Source of the DNA: Lama glama | Taxonomy: Eukaryota | Length of the DNA: 64,000 bases | Assembly (NCBI GenBank): GCA_028534125.1 | Contig: CM052817.1 | Span: 67,520,001-67,584,000 of the forward strand | Direction of reading: 5' to 3' | Part shown: positions 24,901 to 36,420 of the stretch, one piece after another | Numbering within the stretch: position 1 is the stretch's first letter | Layout: the number at the start of each line of letters is the position of its first letter | Position numbers and translations under genes: made by a program | Notes under the pieces: generated by a model | The model's database searches: none | The model's input: only the letters and a program-made list of their open reading frames with translations | Told to the model about the DNA's origin: nothing

Positions 24901-25380
24901 GGACATGAGCGGAAAGGAACAAAGACCAGTGCGTTAAAGGGGATTCAGACGCAACGTATTTACAGAGTAATTACTGCGGTCTGCAGAAAAGGCTACCGGT
25001 ATCAGACACAACCCCGAGCCTATTTTTATAAGGAGTCAGATGAGCGCTTCTTGGGGTGGGGGGAGGGGCTCTACGAGGCACAGAACCTGCGCGGAGGGAT
25101 GGATGCGTTTGTCAGGGAAACAACGTGGCTGCTTTCCTTCCTGAAACGCGAGCTGCTCTCCCTCATTAAGTTAACACACTGATCTGGCAGAACCACATCC
25201 TGGAATCCTAAAAACATCAGCTTCCATCTAAACTTTTCGTGTCTTATGTGCTTAATTTGGCTTAGTCAGCGTGATGGCAAGTTTGCAATATTATAAATAC
25301 GCATATGGCCCGGTATCTGCCACCGTCTGATCCTGACTTATTTGCCTATCGGGAAAAGCATAAGCCAGATAGGATGCGCA
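24901..25380 (-). promoter_or_regulatory. CpG-enriched candidate promoter/enhancer
   Basis: 22 CpGs counted in 480 bp; minus-strand TATAAAAATA at 25030-25021 with a GC/CACCC box at 25053-25069 upstream. Confidence 0.45.
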
Positions 25381-25779
25381 GCTGGGCAAACCTCCAGGTC
25401 TGGAATTCAGATTCAGTCTTGATAGACATCAGATAATGGTGAGTGCTTATCTAAACTGGTCAGTCCCATAGCGCCTCTGACCCTTTTCCAATCACCAGAC
25501 TAGCTCTTATCCTCTGGAGGGAGGGAGGAATTCCAAAAAACGACCTATACAAAACATAATTTTACCATAGTTTGATCTATTATTGTTGACACCCAGATGT
25601 CTCATGCGTTAGGGACGAACCGTTACTTGTTCCTCTCTGTGAGGACCTATGTGCTAGGTTACGTGCTCCCTGAACACTGAAAGGCCTTACAGTCCAGAAA
25701 ACAGCCCTCACACAGTCATCTCAGTCCACACATCAGGTGGAAGTTCAGTTTCACAGAAAGCATCCTCTTCCTTCTTTCA

Positions 25780-27340
25780 AATGGATTCAAACCTCATACA
25801 TCCAGTTAAGACACTGCCCGGTTAAGTATCTCTTCCCTTCTTCATCAATCTCTTTCCTTTCAACTTACAATTATGCTCAAATATCACCCCCCCACCAAAT
25901 GCCCTCTCTATTTACAACCATATCTCATCCCTTTTAAGAAAATTATCTGAGTTAAAAAAAAAAAAGGCACAAACTCATGGGCTCTGCCTCTTCACAGTCC
26001 CCAGCACCCGTCAAATCTCCAGCCTTGGCAGTTTGGCTTCTGGCCTCACCATTACATTCAAACTGCTTGGGTAAATGTGACTCACAGCCTCCTAATAGCC
26101 CAGCCTCACGGGCATTGCGGGGTGGGGGGGCGGTATTCTTACAGAAGTTACACTCTCCTTCGCACTCTTGCCTTCTTTGGCTTCAGAGACATCAGTGCCT
26201 CCTTACTGTCCTTCCAACTGCTCCTTCTCGTTGTTTTTCTTTTCCCCCATGGGTTCTTCTTGCTCAATGTACTCCTTCAAGTTGGCGTTTCCAAGATTAT
26301 CTCATTATTTTTGTTTCTTTTCACTTTATTATTTCCTGGCTTCTTTATCTCATCTAATTATCACCCACATTCCAAACCTCCCAAATCTGTATTTGCATTT
26401 GTATTTCCATTCCAAACCTTTGCTTGAGTTCTAAAACCTTACATGATCTACAGATATTTTCTGACTGTCCCTCACATACCCCAAGCTTATTACATGCATA
26501 ACTGTAATCATGGACCTTCAATCCCTTTGCCTATCAGCCAACCTCCTCTTTCCACTTTACCTCCGTTAATAAAAATCATAAATGGAGAGAGACTCTTGGA
26601 CTTTTCTTTTTCCTTCAGCATCCACATCCAATTGGTTAATAGTTCTGTACATTCTACTTAAAAAATTTTTTTTTAGATTCAGTTTTCAACTCTCAGCTTC
26701 ATAGTCATAGTTCCTACTTCAATAGTAGTTCACTCAACCTACTGAAATAGCATCCTCACTGGTGTTTCAGACTCCAGTCCTGCTCCTCCCCAATCCATCC
26801 GTTAGCAAACTTGCTGTAAATCAAATCTGATCACATTACTGTTAAACTGAGCCATTTACTGTTAGCACCAGAAAAAAGTTCTCTAAATTCTGCTTCCATA
26901 TTCAATCTCATCCCCGGCCATAATCTCAGGTGCTCCATCCATCCTTTCCTGAGCCTTTTAATGTCCTTGAGGACAATATACTCTCCTGTGCTTGATGACC
27001 CTGCAAAAGTCCTCCTCTGCTAAAAGACCTTTTCTCCCACTCTATTTACCTGGAAAACCTTTCCTTATGCTTCAAGGCTCAGTTTAAGCATCACTTGTGG
27101 CACAACTTCCTTGATCCTCCCCACTCAGCACCAGTCAAAGTTGGATGTACCTTGAACTACCATACCCCCAAAGCACATTGTAAAAGCCTCTACTGCAGCC
27201 CAGATCACATGTGGTCTCTACATGGTCTCTCTATTTGATTCTGAGCTCCCTGAGGTCGGGAATGATGTCTTATATTTTTTGGCCACCCTTAGTGGAATGA
27301 CTGGTGCATAATAGATACTCAATATTTGTTCAGTGAAACC
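25780..27340 (+). mobile_element. L2 LINE (long 3' segment)
   Basis: L2 ORF2-derived pyrimidine-rich motifs (tggcttctggcctcacc; ctttggcttcagagaca; tactgaaatagcatcctcactggt; ttcaaggctcagtttaagcatcac); ends tgagctccctgaggtcgggaa...ctcaatatttgttcagtgaa. Explains the overlapping ORFs 25977-26661. Confidence 0.8.
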
Positions 27341-27699
27341 CAATCAACAGTTTTGTTAAATGTTTCCATGGGAGTGGGATGTTCAATTTCCCATGATACC
27401 AATGCTTAGGAAAGAATTTAAGGCAATTTCTTCTGCTATGAAAAGTCAAGAAGAAGATGGGACTGGATGACTTTCTCTAAGCTAGCTGGAAAAATTCCCA
27501 TGAATTTAGAAAAATTTTTAATCTACACTCACCCTCCCCCAAGAAAAGTGCAAAGAATTCAAGTTTTTTGAGCAAATGCTTACTAACCAACCCCAGAAGT
27601 TAGTTTAGAGGTGTCTAGATCTGAATTTTCTTAGAGAAGTTTAATAGTAGCAACACATGTGGTATATGTAGCATTTTTTTCTAAATGTTTCCATCTTTA

Positions 27700-27860
27700 T
27701 CTTGGCATATATTTTCACAAATCTAGCCAGCAGATATGAGAATATACTGAGATTTCATTTAGCATATGAAGAAACCAAGGACTCAAGATGTTAGGCAATT
27801 TTTTCAGAATTAAACAGTGTGTCACCAACTGATCGGTATCCAGTCTCCCAAATCCATGTT
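27700..27860 (-). mobile_element. MIR
   Basis: ttttcacaaatctagcc...ttcatttagcatatgaagaaaccaaggactcaagatgttaggcaatt. Confidence 0.55.
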
Positions 27861-28057
27861 TCATGTTCTGGCAACCTAAATGTATTGTCTTCTCTCTAAA
27901 GGGTCTTCCTTTCTCATGTTATTTCTTTTGTTAATGCATAGATTCATTTATTATACAAAGATTTAATAAAAAACTGTGATAAAATAGAAGTAATAATCAA
28001 TTTAGAGTTAGGAGGCCTGACCTTGAGTTCCTCTTGGACACATGTAAATATTCACAT

Positions 28058-28280
28058 GCAGCAGAGCATAATGAAAAGAGTACTTGGAGTTGCAAGATCT
28101 GGGCTTGATCTCAGCCCCATTGCTTTCCAGCTAGGTGATCTAAAGCAAGCCACTTCACTTCTCTGAACCTCAACTGTCTTATCTACAAAATGGGAATAAC
28201 AATCCTTATGCAGTTTACTACCTGACGCTTGTGAGACGGAGCACGTGAAACCACTTTGCAAAGTAGAAATGCTATACAAT
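28058..28280 (+). mobile_element. MIR (near full length)
   Basis: agctaggtgatctaaagcaagccacttcacttctctgaacctcaactgtcttatctacaaaatgggaataa is the MIR core. Confidence 0.85.
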
Positions 28281-28287
28281 GAGACTG

Positions 28288-28532
28288 AAAACCTTTATTG
28301 AGTGCTTGCTGTGTGCAAGGTGATGTATTTTACTGATATGGGCTCCATTTTAATTCTCACAATGATTCTATGAACCAGAAACTCTTATTACTCATACTTT
28401 ATAGATGAGAAATGAAAGGCACGCAGGAGTTAAGTAACTTTTCCAAAATCACACAAGTAAGAAACAGAGCTAGGATTGAACCCAGACAGTGAAATGCCCA
28501 AGTTCATCTCCAAACCACTGAATTATGCTGGC
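28288..28532 (-). mobile_element. MIR (near full length)
   Basis: tttattgagtgcttgctgtgtgcaagg...tttaattctcacaa...tttatagatgagaaa...gttaagtaacttttccaaaatcacaca...ggattgaacccagaca. Confidence 0.85.
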
Positions 28533-29033
28533 TCTCTGGCTAACACACTGAGTACTTTCATGTTCAGCATCTTAGGGCATATTAACTTAATTGTTCTTTA
28601 TGTATATTATCTCACTCATTTCTCTCCATACACCTGTAAGTTTATTCAGGGGCATAAATAAATAAAACGAAGGTCCATGCTTGCTCCTCTGATCTGTGCT
28701 CAACATAGCAGCCAGAGCTCACCTTCTTTGTTCAAAACCCACTGATGCATCTCATTTCCTTCAATGTAGAATCCCAAAATCTTTGCTATGTCCTAGAAGG
28801 CCCTTATACAGTACAGCCTTTGGCTGATTCTCCTACCACTCCCCTCATTCCTCCCTTCCTGCCACACTGTCCTCTTTGCTGTTGCTGAAAAAATGCCAGA
28901 TGTGCCCCTGCTTCAGGGCTGTTGTCTCTGCTGTTTTCTCTGCTTGGTATGTTCTTACCCAGATAATCACAGGACTCATTCCCTCACTTTTGTCTGGTCT
29001 CTGCTCAAAAAATGACCTATCAGAGGCTCCTTT

Positions 29034-29738
29034 TTTTAAATTGAAGTATTGTTGATTTGCAATGTTGTGTTAGTTTCTGGTGTACAGCATAGTGATTCAG
29101 AATATATATATATATATATGTGTATATATATGTATATATAATAGTTTATTACAAGTTATTGAATATAGTTCCCTGTGCTATACAGTAGGACTTTGTTTAT
29201 CTATTTTATATATAGTAGTTTTTATCTGCAAATCCCAAACTTTCAAGTTATCCCTCTCTCTCCTTCCCCCTTTGATAACCGTAAGTTTGTTTTCTGTATC
29301 TGTGAGTCTATTTCTGTTCTGTAAATAAGTTCATTTGTGCCTTTTTTTTCAGATTCCACATATAAGTGATATCTTTCTGACTTATTTCACTTATTATGAT
29401 CATCTCTAGGTCCATCAATGTTGCTGCATTATTTCATTCTTTTTTATGGCTGAGTAGTATTCCATTTTATATAACACCTTCTCTATCCAGTCATCTGTTG
29501 ATGGACATTTAGGTTGCTTCCATGTCTTGGCTATTGTATATAGTACTTCTATGAACATTGGGGGGTGTGTATCTTTTCAAATTGGAGTTTTCTCTGAATA
29601 TATGCCCAAGAATGGGATTGCTGGATCATATGGTAAGTCTATTTTTATTTTTTTAAAGAATCTCCAAACTGTTTTTCCTAGTGGCTGCACCAAACTACAT
29701 TCCCACCAACAGTGTAGGAGGGTTCTCTTTTCTCCATA
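29034..29738 (-). mobile_element. Lineage-type L1 3' end, 5'-truncated, perfect 17-bp TSD
   Basis: ctatcagaggctccttt at 29017-29033 and 29739-29755; body ttgaagtattgttgatttgcaatgttgtgttagtttctggtgtacagc...gatggacatttaggttgcttccatgtcttggc. Confidence 0.95.
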
Positions 29739-29865
29739 CTATCAGAGGCTCCTTTGACAGTTCAGTGTAAAATAGGAACTACGATCCCTCCTCAGTCATT
29801 CTCAAACTCCTTACCCTGGAGTTTATTTTTATGGCACCCATCATCATTAGCAACCATTTATGGCA

Positions 29866-29866
29866 C

Positions 29867-29898
<32 letters not shown>

Positions 29899-29965
29899 TA
29901 TATATATATACACACATATATATACATATATGTATATATTTATTATCTGTTTATGTATATATTTA
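29866..29965. repeat. Compound (TA)n/(CA)n microsatellite
   Basis: Alternating tatata and cacaca runs. Confidence 0.9.
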
Positions 29966-30021
29966 TTATCTGTTTCTCTCCTACCATATACACATAAACT
30001 CACATAAAATCTCCCTGACCA

Positions 30022-30060
30022 CATGCACACACAAGCGCGAGCGCACACACACACACACAC
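30022..30060. repeat. (CA)n/(CG)n microsatellite
   Basis: cacacacaagcgcgagcgcacacacacacacacac. Confidence 0.85.
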
Positions 30061-31049
30061 GAATACTAACTACTTACCAAAAGTTCAGGTTTCATTTTCT
30101 GCTGTTACCCCCAGTACCTAGAGCAGGGCCTGACGTGTAGCAAAAGCCTCAAAACCAATAGGTTTTATAAATAAGTGTAAATAAATGATTCTGTGCCCTC
30201 GCAGAGTTTAAAATCTGGTAAAAGGGCCACAGAGCCTAGTTAAAGATTGCTCAGAAACAGCTAATAGTGACAGGAAAACCTTGAATATTGTTTACCCCAT
30301 TCCATTAGAACCTTTTAGAGCCCCATAGTCCTCTGTTATTAAATTAGGTTGAGTAAATATAACCAAATAAAAATATATAGTTCTCTCCCACAGAAGTGCC
30401 TACCTTTTGCTTGCAGCCATATAACGGCTTACTTTACTGTCAGTGGCAAATAAGGGTTTAAAATTCACCTAATTCAAGCCAAATGTGGACCATGAAGTAG
30501 CACTGAGGCATATGCAAAAGGATGTTTTTCATTTTTGATTTATTTGATGAGGTTTTTCGTTTGTTTGTTAAATTAGAAGTTACAGTGCAGTCATGTTACC
30601 AAAATCCCTTATGCATCATTTTCAATCCGGAGAAGGGAGGTCCTAATTGACCTCTGATTGTTCCCTTACTTTTTCTCTGATACCATTTATCTGCCTGGCT
30701 CTTCTGCAGTGCCATGTGGCAAGTGAGGTGGGAAAGGAGGTGCCTCAATGAGAAAATGCTACCAGAGCAAAGCAAGGGTGGAGGGAGGGGAAACCTCGTG
30801 AGAGGAAGTGTGTACAGAAGTTTCAGAAGGACTGTGAATAGGCAAGAGGTAGAGATGCTAAGTTCTGTTCTGGTCCTGGTTAAAAATTTACAGTCTCCAC
30901 TGTATTTGACAACCCTGAAACGAAATATGGTGGTGTCATCACCATTTCATGGAAGAATTGCTCAGGAACCAGGGAACTGGAACATAAATCTCCACCGTTC
31001 CCTGGTTAGGTCATGTACCTCAATTTCTTTCCTTTCTACAAGGCATTAG

Positions 31050-31250
31050 GAATCAGTGGGGAAAGCATGGGCTTTGGAATCAGACAAAATTGGTTTTACA
31101 TTCTGGATCTGCTACATATTAGCTGTATGATTTCAATATGTCAGCTAACCCTCCGGAGCCTGTTCCCACCCAGCTAAAATTGCATTTGTAATATCTGCTC
31201 ACTAGGACTTTGGTGAAAATTCAGTTACATTGCTATGTAGTAGTGCATCC
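31050..31250 (+). mobile_element. MIR
   Basis: cagtggggaaagcatgggctttggaatcagaca...attagctgtatga...ctaaccctccggagcctg. Confidence 0.8.
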
Positions 31251-32699
31251 AAGTGGTCTTGGGGTATGAAAGTCTACAACTTCCACTCCTTGTCTTAATA
31301 GAAACAAATTAAAAAATCTTTCAGCTAGTTCTTAATAAAGAATCCATTGATAAAAATCTCGTTTTATCATCTGCTTTTTGAAATGAAGATTTCAAATGTT
31401 TCTCCAGAAATGTCCAGGGATTTGGGAGTTCAAGGTCTTTAATAAAAGGGCTTATGGGCCAAATAATGTTAGGGATTAAGGAAAACTCCTGCATTTACCT
31501 TCTACACATCGAGTAAGGCATTTAAGATCCAGTGGACGATGGATGTCCTTGCAGCATCCATCCCTTAAATTTGGTCAGAAAAGAAGAGCTGCTCAAATCT
31601 TTAGCTTGTAGGAGGAGATACAAGATAAAATGCAAGAAGAACTTTGGTATAAAGAGGAGCCGAAAACACGATTTGCCCCTAGGGAACATCAGCTCTTCCC
31701 TGTCTGACTTTCTTTTCACTCACACACACAAAAAATACTGAGAAATTTCAAAGTCACTGGGTTAAAAGAAAACTTTAAAACAGCCAGGGTACCTACAAAG
31801 CAATCCCTATTCGGCCCTGAGTTATGTAGAGAGCAGCTTGGATCTTCACATATCTAATACAGTGTCAGAGCCCAGCCAGTCCCCGGATTGTCATGAATCT
31901 TATATGAAGGCTGAGTGTGGCTTCAGTCCACTGCCACTTGGGGGTAGGAGTTGGAACCCCAAATTTAGCCCTGTGTCTTGATCGTATCTCAGGGGGGTGG
32001 GAGCACTTGAATGAGCTCCTCTGATTGTCCAGGTTGATATTCCCAGATTTCAGCAGTGAAATCAGTACCAGCAGCTAGCAAAAACAGAGACTGAGTCTAA
32101 GAGGAAAAAATACAGTGGAGGTAACTATGCGAGCAAAGAGAACAACAACAAACTCTGAAGCTGCACGAAATATTCTCTTAAAAATTATGCCAAGGTCCTT
32201 TTGGAAGGGAAATAAAGCAAAGTATTGGTAACATGTTTCATTTCTTTTTGGTTGAATTTTTTTAATTTAAAATATGTTGGAAGAGGCCAAAATAAAGTCG
32301 GAGCCTGACTTTAAAGAAATTCATGTATTTTAAATTTTCTATTTTAAATATTTATTTCTCCACATTGCCTACCTGCTGCAATTTAAGGGCTGATTTGTGA
32401 AAATCACTGAACTCTGCCAAGTCCTCAAAGCACTGATGATATCATGGAGGTGTCTTAAGAATGCATCCAGCAGGACGAATGCTAATATATCCTGCAAGAT
32501 TTTTTTTTTAAAACATAGTGGGTTTCTACATATCAAGGGTCTCTGAGCAATTTCTAACTTCATAAAGAACAAAATGACGACTAGAGGGCACATTAGGCAA
32601 GTATAAGACATTGCAATAATTATAACAATATTTTACAGTTATATATTATTAGTTCATCTGAATTTTTTTTACACACAGTAACTTTTGTTGTTTCTGTAT

Positions 32700-32860
32700 A
32701 ACTACCACCTGTGGAGTGAAACTCTCTTTTACACAGATGAGGAAATTCGGGCTCAAAGAACTGAAGGTTCTTCACCAAGCAACATGGTTAGAAAAAGTGA
32801 ACCCAGAACCAGAAGTCAACTCTTCTTGGCTCTAGGAGTAGTGGTCTAAACCAACAGCCA
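32700..32860 (-). mobile_element. MIR
   Basis: ttttacacagatgaggaaattcgggctcaaaga. Confidence 0.7.
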
Positions 32861-33167
32861 ATGAAGGCAGGCCTAATACCCAACCTGTAGTATTTGAAAG
32901 ATTTTTTTTTCAAGTTATTGTGTTTCAGGCCTGTGGATTTCTTATCCAAGCATCTTATATTTTGCTTTCCACTATAAAAGCTTTCAAGTATAGTTTTATA
33001 ATTCAGGGAAAAAAGTAAAAATGTTTGCTGGAAGGGAATTTGATAAGACTTTTTTAAAAATCACTATGTCAATATCTTATAGCTGGTGATATTTGTAGTT
33101 TTATTAGACTCTCATTTAAAATAACTTAATTATTTTAGGCAACATATACATATATCTTTTTATTGCC

Positions 33168-33244
33168 TAAAATATATATTTAGTATATTTTGAAATATAT
33201 GTATTTAGTATACATATTTATTAAAATATATATTCAGTATATTT
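33168..33244. repeat. AT-rich degenerate tandem repeat (3 copies of ~aaatatatatttagtata)
   Basis: taaaatatatatttagtatattt / gaaatatatgtatttagtataca / taaaatatatattcagtatattt. Confidence 0.7.
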
Positions 33245-34059
33245 CCACATAGAAGGTGGTAAGTTTCTGTTTTTTAAAAGTTATCTCTGAGTCCAGAATG
33301 AAAAGATCTACAACTTTTCCCAAGGTCATTTCTTATGCTAGAAAGGACCTTAATTTTTTTTTCATTTTGTTCCAAATAAACAGAATAATAAAATCCAAGA
33401 AATTTCATTTTTCAGTTTGTTTGCCCCATTTGGGGAAGGGGCATCTACTTATCTTGTAGTCATGTGCTTTAGAAATTGAAATGATAAGCATGCAGTCTCT
33501 TTTTCAGAATTTATAAATTTCCTTCATATCTCACAGAAGCCTACTCATATGCAGAAAAACAAAATCAGATGTTATCTAGCCATAAAACCAAATATTCCAT
33601 GAAGAATTAAGAAAATGTGCAGTCTGCAAGATCCAGGCCTATCATTCTGTTTTCCTTTTAACTTTTTGGTAACTAGGAAACAGGGGGGAGACCATACAGC
33701 TGACCTCCATCGCTTGAAACCAGGATCTACACAAAGTGATTTGCATATGTGTTAACCTCCCTTCCCTGACTTCTTCTGTGTAAGAGATTAGAGAGGTCCA
33801 GGGTGGCAAGTCTGAGCTCCAGGGCTGTTATCAGGAAGGAAAACTCTACTGAGAAATGAAGAAGGAAAAAAATTGCTAGAAAGCTATATGAGGTTATATT
33901 TCAAAATACTGTACTTGATAATTATAAGGACTCAAAATAAGGAGGAGTCCGTCAAAGTGCCACTCAAGAACTTTTCAATACATACTACATTAACTGTCTT
34001 GAAATTAGTGAACATCCCAGGTCTTTATCCACTCTTGAAATGCCCATTATGAATCAAGC

Positions 34060-35015
34060 TCTCTGCCGGGTGCTGACAACATGAATATAAAAATGGTTCA
34101 TCATCTTTCCTCAAGAAGCTTCCACTGCATATGCAACATTGTGAGATAAGTGTTGTGCTAGAGACTGGATGGAGGAAGGACTTTTAATCCAGCCTCAGGA
34201 GAGAGGGAAGATTTATAATTGGATTATTAGCACCATATAAACTCAGAGCATGTCTTCACAACTTCCACACCCTCAATACCAACCACCGTACATACCCCTA
34301 ACAGGTTCTCAGTGAATTGATGACAAGCTCTGCTGAGTCTTAGAGAATGAGCCAGATTTACACAAGTTACGAGAAGAGCAATGGCTTTTCCAGCATGTCC
34401 AAGAGTAGAGGTTGCAGGCAAAAGGAAGTTCTAAGAATTGTAAGGCAAGTTTTAGATACAGCTGAAAAATGAAGTGCTGATGGAAGATCACGAGCCACGA
34501 AGCTAGGCAGATACACAGGAGCACATCTTGAAAATCTGTGTAGGCCATGTTAAGAAATATAAATGTTTTAGTGAAACATCGGAGTTCTTACTTTAAGAGG
34601 TTGAATAAACAATATTCAGAGTACAATGGATGCCTAGGTTACTGTCGTGAGAGCACAGAGGAGAGGCAATGTAATCCAAGTTGGCTGTCCAAAAGGCCTT
34701 GCCAAAAATGTGATACTTGAGCTTTGAATGAGCAATCATATTCTAAGGGGGAAAATGCATATCTAAAGATGTAGAGGTGTAAACAGTAGACACAGATGTG
34801 TTTAAACTACCCAATATGCCTGGAGTCATGCAAGGGTGATGAAACCAGAGGAATGAAAGTGACCAGACCATGATGGTTTCTATATGGTAAACTAAGCTGT
34901 CGAACTTAACCCTGAAAGGAATGGAGAACCATCAGAAGACTTTAAGCAAGAGAATTACGTGGGCAGATTTTCATTTTTACTAAGATCTGTATACCATGTG
35001 TCTAAAAAGCAAGAA
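34060..35015 (-). mobile_element. L2 fragments
   Basis: tctgccgggtgctg...cctcaagaagct; gctaggcagatacacaggagc...gtaggccatgttaagaa; ccctgaaaggaatggagaaccatcagaagactttaagca. Confidence 0.6.
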
Positions 35016-35024
35016 AACCAGTTA

Positions 35025-35395
35025 AAATTGTTCTCAAAGGGAGATCACAATTTGGAAATTTTAAGAAGTTTTTGTCACAATAATTAGGAGGTATTATGAG
35101 CATTTAGAAGACAAAAGGACAGAGATGCTGGAGATCTTGCAATGGCTGCAGCCCTGAATAAGGAAGACTGTTCCTGCATCCAACCCTACTTCCTCATCTC
35201 CCACTGGATGTTCAAGCAGGTGAACAACTTTTTCCTGATCATCTGATTTAGACTCGAACACACATATTAAAACAAAGTGTTTTCACTGTTTTAATTTCTA
35301 GTGAATTTTGCATGAATACATGTACCATATAAATTGAGGTAAAATTGTATTTTGTTTTCTTTGGGACTTTATCAAGAGTTGTTCATCATTTCAGA
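35025..35395 (+). mobile_element. MER20B-like hAT-Charlie fragment
   Basis: ttgttctcaa...tttggaaattt...ttgtcacaat...gatgctggagatcttgcaatg...aaattgaggtaaaattgtattttgtttt...actttatcaagagttgttcatcatttcaga matches the recalled MER20B 5' half. Confidence 0.75.
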
Positions 35396-35816
35396 GGGGG
35401 AAAAAAAACACTGCCTTGGAACACTTTGGAGAGCTGCTACGCTGGATGATGTCTAAGGTCTTCTCTAAGCCTAATGTTCCCTGACCCTATGAGGACTGTG
35501 GCCATGGGAGTGAGAGGCTTCTATCCATTTCCTGACTAGGACCACCATCCTGACCTTGGCTCCAACACGAGTGACCACATGAGTCACATGTGTATTAGTG
35601 ACCACACAGTGGACACTCTAAGCAACTGACAAAATAAGCACATTGCTGTTACATACACAGAGTACCACCTTCAGTATTCACACACATCTATAAAAAGGTA
35701 AATGGTCGAAAAAGACTCAGAACGTGTCACGTACATCATAGCAGGTGTATAAGAAATAAAGTTTTGCCCAACTGCACTAAAATGTACTCCATGACAAGAG
35801 CAGTGCATTTTCTCCA

Positions 35817-36005
35817 TGGCTGTCAGAGATTTCATGGATCCTGAGAAATCCAGCCATTTTTAGAAATCCCATGAAATTTACCTTTTCACTCGAATCCACA
35901 TGAAATCAAAATTTTTCCCTACGAGTCCCCATAAAATTGGCACATTTCCTCAGAAGACCCCATGAAATTATAAAGAATATTGCAGATTCTTTGCTCCTGG
36001 CCCTA
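35817..36005. repeat. ~30-bp periodic CATGAAAT motif array, probably an ancient hAT MITE
   Basis: Motif copies start at 35842 (degenerate), 35870, 35899, 35930 and 35961; inverted copy 35829-35836; ends ...ggcccta. Confidence 0.55.
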
Positions 36006-36319
36006 GTGGCACATCTTAAAGAGACAGGTTAGATTACAGAATTAGTTCATTTTTCCAATAAAAAAATGAAGATGCCCCCAAGTTTTCCCTTAAATAATCA
36101 TTGTTACTCATTTTCCAATTGCTATTTAAAAAGAGAATTTATCTGAACTTTGATGGAGTAAACATTTCTGGAAAATCACCCAAAGTTAGGAAGTTATGAA
36201 TAATAGGACTAACCCAGTTGTTTCCACAGTCACAAACTAGGTAATACTCAAATCACAATAAACCTTCCCCCAAAGCAAAAAGTCTCATCTCATTTTAACA
36301 TACGAATTTGCAATGGCAA

Positions 36320-36420
36320 ACGATGCCTTTTATGAAATTCTACTTCATAGGATGTCGTGAGAATCAAATGAGATCATGAACGTGCAAGTACCGAAGGTAA
36401 TATGCTTTAGAAACAGAACA
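36320..36420 (+). mobile_element. MIR 3' fragment
   Basis: ctacttcataggatgtcgtgagaatcaaatgagatcatgaacgtgcaagtac. Confidence 0.7.

Larger units (their letters stand above)
28680..30190 (+). mobile_element. L2a-like 3' segment, interrupted by an L1 (29034-29738) and microsatellites
   Basis: ctcaacatagcagccagag...ttcaaaaccc...gccacactgtcctctttgctgt...tctgctcaaaaaatgacc|...|ccccagtacctagagcagggcctgacgtgtag...ataaatga. Confidence 0.8.

Noticed and set aside
25977..26661. Three overlapping plus-strand ORFs as an overprinted gene cluster
   Set aside because: Pyrimidine-rich L2 relic, which is naturally poor in stop codons
29754..30140. ORFs with IYIY/THTH/CVCV repeats
   Set aside because: Translations of (TA)n and (CA)n microsatellites
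35817..36005. CRISPR array
   Set aside because: The repeated unit is only ~8-11 bp and degenerate, the context is mammalian, and there are no cas genes
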